A DNA stretch of 24,920 nt from Fonticula alba ATCC 38817 (Eukaryota; Protista; Nucleariida), in NCBI GenBank assembly GCA_000388065.2, contig KB932205.1; one strand, written 5' to 3'. This document shows, one piece after another, positions 21,301-24,920 of the stretch. The notes below the pieces were generated by a model, which made no database searches, was not told where the DNA came from, and saw only the letters and a list, made by a program, of their open reading frames with translations. A program made the position numbers and the translations under genes. Each line of letters opens with the position of its first letter. Positions within the stretch are counted from its first letter, which is position 1.

Positions 21301-23455
21301 GCTGCAGGCGGCGGCCGCGGCGTCCGATGGTACGGGCGACCCGGCGGGCCTGTCTGCGGCGGGCGGGCTGGCTGTGGCCTGTGTGGTGGCGGCACTGGCC
21401 GCGACGGCCGACTCGGCGTCCACCTCGCTCTCGGCCCGGGCGGGGCACACGCGCAACCTCCTGGCTCTGGTTGCGTGTCTGTACCTGAGCCGGCTGGGCG
21501 CTCTGGTGCCGGCCACGGTGTGCCCCGTGCCGACGGGTGTCCAGGCGCAGTTGGTCCAGGCCACCGGGGCGGCGGTGGATCTGGCCGCGCTGGCTGCCGC
21601 CCTGCCGGAGTTTGAGGCATACCTGACTGATGTGGGCGTCGCCCTGCCGGTGGTTGCTGGCACGGATTTCGCCCCGCAGGATGTGACGTACGGCTCTCGC
21701 CCTCCTCCTCCTCCTCCTCCTCCTCCTCCTCCTCCTCTGTCTCTCCTCCCTGCGCGCACACGCACATGCACATTGCTTTCTCCCTGCTCTCCCTGTGCTG
21801 GTGACCCTGCCGCCCTCAACCACTGACCGCATGCCGTGCTGTCCCCCCTGGTGCCTCATCTCTCGGCCGCGGCATGGCAACATGTAGTGCCTCGGCCCCC
21901 TTGGTTCCGTTTGATTGGGTGGGTCTGGCGTCGGCGCTGGCCTGCTCGGCCGATGAGCTCGGCACCGCGGAGGCCGGCCCGCTGTCCCACTCGGACGAGG
22001 CGCGTCTGGTTCTCGCGGCGCTGGTGACCAAGACTCGGCCGGAGTTCCGGGCTTCGGCTTCGGGGGCCACTCTTTCCCGGCGGACCAGCCTGTACAGCAT
22101 GTTCGGCGCGCCGGTCGCGGCGACGGCCACCGGCCCGAAGGGCCTTGACAGCAACCGCCTCACCATCAGCATGCCACGCATGAGCACCATGCTTTTGGCC
22201 ACGGCTGGCCCGGGGCCGTCGGCTCCGGCGGCCAAGCTGACCCAGCGAGCGGCCTCCAGCGTGACGCTGGCCGCCGCCACAGCGGCCGTGGCCAAGTCCG
22301 GGCCCACTCGGCAGAACACCAATGTGCGTGTGTCCTTTTGCTTTCCCAGTCACGCAGAGGGGGAGGGGGGGGGGGGCAGCTTGACCTTGCCTTTCGCATG
22401 GGTTTTACTCCGGGGCAACTGACATGCCACCTGTTGGTCCGTGTGCCTCGGCCAGAATACGGCCGAGGTGAAGTTTGTGGCTTATGAGCAGCTGGCCAAG
22501 TCCTTCGCCGGCGAGGCGCCCCATGCGCATGTGGCTCTATCTCCGACCAGCTCGGTGCTGGCGGCCGGTGCGGCTGGCACCGACATCACCTCGCTGCTGG
22601 ACTTTGTTGGCTTGGACCAGGGGTACGCGCTGCTTGCCTATATGTACATCTAGCTCTTCTCTCGCATGTTCCTGACCCTCTGGCGGGTGGTCTGCGCACA
22701 GTCTCTGGTCGGCGTCTGAAATGTTCGGCAATGGTAGCCAGCCTAAGTCTGGTGCCGGGGCCGCTGAGGCCAGTCCCGAGGCCGCCGAGGCCAGTCCCGA
22801 GGCCGCTGAGGCTGACCCCGGGGCCGGTGTCGAGGTTGTTGAAGCTGACGTCGAGGTTGTTGAAGCTGACGTCGAGGCCGTCGAGACCGCCGAGACCTCT
22901 GCCGAAGTCGGGGCGATTGGGGAAGTCGAGGACAATGCCCACACCGAGGATGAGGCCGCGACGGCCGACGAGCAACCCGAGCAGGAAGAGGAGACCTCGG
23001 CCTTGCAACTCCCGGAGGTGTCCCTCGAAGCCGGGGCGGAGACCGATGCCTGTGAGGAGGCCATGCAGACGCTGCCGCCGGCCGAGGCCACGAAAGCCAC
23101 CGACGTGCCGGCTGCCGATGAGCCGGTGACCGCCGAGCAGCACCAGGACGCCGCGGCCGCCGCCGCCACCACCGACGACGAGGAGGAGGTGGGGGCCACT
23201 GCCGGGACCACCCAGCCCGAGGAGGTGGCCGACAGCGACGCCGACACGGCCGGGTCCTCTTGCGGCGCGTCCTCCAGTGACTCTTCGGATGCCGGGTCGA
23301 CTGCTTCCTCATCCGGCGATGAGGAGCAGGAGGAGCAGGAGCAGGCCGCTGATGAGGATGAGGCTGTCTCTGGGGCCGACGCGGCCATCGCCCTGCTGGA
23401 TGCGGCGGATGAGGCCTTCGAGGAGGAGCAGCGCGCCGCTGGGGCCAATGTTTAA
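18357..23455 (+). CDS. EFR3: EFR3-like protein (plasma-membrane scaffold of PI4-kinase IIIalpha/Stt4), copy A. Exons 18357-18380, 18473-18648, 18793-18988, 19094-19464, 19638-19748, 19890-about 19969, 20019-20891 (disrupted), 21048-21687, 21888-22323, 22456-22622, 22702-23455.
   Basis: The N-terminus MSALYKKN/HQRLVLAVLP...LAQLVHYASTRPEKLSRL matches the EFR3 KHQ.LV...YP / L.YYA..RPEKL pattern. Downstream TTIKWLLDPTVA/WLEDLANW...FAAHL and SHALSACLIDRID resemble the EFR3 TT.R..L.P.F.YLD.H..W and L.HLD motifs. The middle exon has frameshifts, so this copy may be non-functional. Confidence 0.75.
20019..20891 (+). pseudogene. Degenerated middle exon of EFR3-like copy A
   Basis: Relative to the intact paralogous exon at 23629-24430 it has a net 66-nt insertion (about 20472-20540), a +4 nt insertion (CTAC, 20559-20562) leading to TGA at 20634-20636, and -1 and +2 indels near 20746 and 20798. 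There are many substitutions toward A/T. Confidence 0.6.
22760..22891 (+). repeat. Two adjacent coding 21-bp tandem arrays in the last EFR3-like exon (AAEASPE x about 3; VEVVEAD x about 3)
   Basis: GCCGCTGAGGCCAGTCCCGAG units at 22760, 22781 and 22802 (degenerate). GTCGAGGTTGTTGAAGCTGAC units at 22829, 22850 and 22871 (degenerate). Confidence 0.9.
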
Positions 23456-23628
23456 TGGGCCGCGTGCCACACGCGCGCGCAGCCCCCGGAATAGATCTGA
23501 GCTCGCTTCCGAACGTTCTGAATCCTGGTCAGATCGTGCGCTTTTTGGGCGTGAAAGGAGATCATGCAGCAGGGCTCTCTCTCTCTNNNNNNNNNNACAC
23601 ACACACACACACATATACATATGCACAG

Positions 23629-24920
23629 GCAAGCAACTCCCACGTTCTGTCGGCTTGCCTGATCGACCGGATCGACGCCCTCAAGGCCGGCGACCTGGCC
23701 AATGCCACCCTCCTGCGGAATACGCTGGATCTGGTGCTGGTCCTGCGGACAGCCTTCGATGCGGCCCCGCCGTCAGCTGATGACGGGGCCGAGGAGCCGC
23801 CGGCACCCTTCGCCCTGCCGCAGACCGAAGACCACGCGCTGTACCTGGCGGACCTTGGTGAGGAGGAGCCGGCCCGGGGGGAGTACCAGTGGGATGTCCT
23901 GCTGATGAGTGATACCCTGAGCGCCGACCGGTCGCCCCTTTCCTCGGCCAGCAGCGTGCGGTCCTTCAGCAGCAGCCTCTTGGAGGCCGGTGTCGGAGGC
24001 TATGGCGCCAGCCCCTCACTGGTGCGCATGCGCACGGTCCAGATGCTGGAGTACTGCTTGGGCCACTGGTCCCTGGGACATGTGGACCCGGCCGCCGCCG
24101 ACGCCGATGCGGCCCTGGTGGAAGACCCGGAGCCGTCGGTCTTCAAGCTGCGTCGTGCCCTGCTGTCGCTGGCTGACGTGCTGATCCGCCGGATTGACAC
24201 CCTGCCCGACCGGCTGGCCTGCTCGCTGTCAGCCCTGCGCATCATGACGGCCTTGGCTGGCACCGGGTCGGATGCGGCCACCGCGCGCCACCATCTGGCC
24301 GTGCTGGTTGATACGGCCGGGCGAATTGCCCAGGCTCCGGTGCAGCCCTACGACTGGAGCAGCCCGCTGCCGAGCTCGGCCAGCCAGCTCTTCAGCCTGG
24401 CGGTGGGGAATCTCTCGAGCCCGAACTTTGGTGCGCGCACAGGGCGATGTGGGGCGGGAGCGGGGGGGAAGAGCTGCTCGGACAATTGCTATCCTTTTGG
24501 CCGTATTCGCCCTCGACAGGAGCAACGCATGCTTCACTCAGATACACACACACACACATGCATACGCACATGCTAACATGGCGCTTTGCTCAGCCGCTCG
24601 GAGTTGCACGCATGCGCTGCTGCACGAGCTCCTCCGCTCGATGTGCGATGCGATGCCGGACGGCCAGCGCCCGGAGCAGCCGGTGCTGGACGCCTTTGCC
24701 AAGGCACATGGCGCGCGCTTGCTCGTGTCGCTGACGTCGGTCTTCAGTCGGGAGCTGACCCTCACTTCGGGTCCGGCTTCCGGGGCGGATCCCCTGTCGG
24801 TGGGCGACATCCTTGGCCTGGCGGTGGCCTTGGCCGACTACACCGGGCTGCAGGCGGCGGCCGCGGCGTCCGATGGTACGGGCGACCCGGCGGGCCTGTC
24901 TGCGGCGGGCGGGCTGGCTG
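23629..24920 (+). CDS. EFR3: EFR3-like copy B (partial): intact exon 23629-24430, intron 24431-24593, exon 24594 to beyond the window end
   Basis: Open frame ASNSHVLSACLIDRID...LSSPNF G|CC AARSCTHALLHELL. It is colinear with 20019-21374 and has the same splice sites (GCACAG acceptor, GTGCGC donor, CTCAG acceptor). Upstream exons are not visible because of the N-gap at 23587-23596. Confidence 0.75.

Larger units (their letters stand above)
20011..24920 (+). repeat. Direct segmental duplication: 20011-21374 (copy A) versus 23621-24920 (copy B, runs off the window)
   Basis: Alignment by eye. Both start ATGCACAGGCAAGCAACTCCCA. The last 327 nt (21048-21374 versus 24594-24920) differ at only 4 positions that I could find. 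Confidence 0.95.

Overview
This is GC-rich, intron-rich, microsatellite-laden eukaryotic DNA from a draft assembly, with N-gaps at 540-661, 7257-7266, 17121-17130 and 23587-23596. Gene content and intron style suggest a holomycotan/opisthokont protist such as Fonticula (inference only). I could splice four genes by hand. (1) An SPB1/FTSJ3 rRNA 2'-O-methyltransferase (+, 470-4806, 8 exons, 915 aa) whose first intron is an AT-AC, U12-type (minor spliceosome) intron. (2) A TGL3/SDP1-like patatin lipase (-, 11369-5375) whose nucleophile motif reads GTDVG, with no catalytic serine. (3) A PILS/auxin-efflux-carrier-family transporter (+, 14109-17090, 839 aa). (4) An EFR3-like PI4-kinase scaffold (+, 18357-23455) with a decayed, frameshifted middle exon, followed after a gap by a second copy (23597-window end) in which that exon is intact. 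Nearly all other ORFs in the supplied track are GC-bias or antisense shadows. I recognised no RNA genes, CRISPR arrays or autonomous transposons. All splicing and alignments were done by eye.
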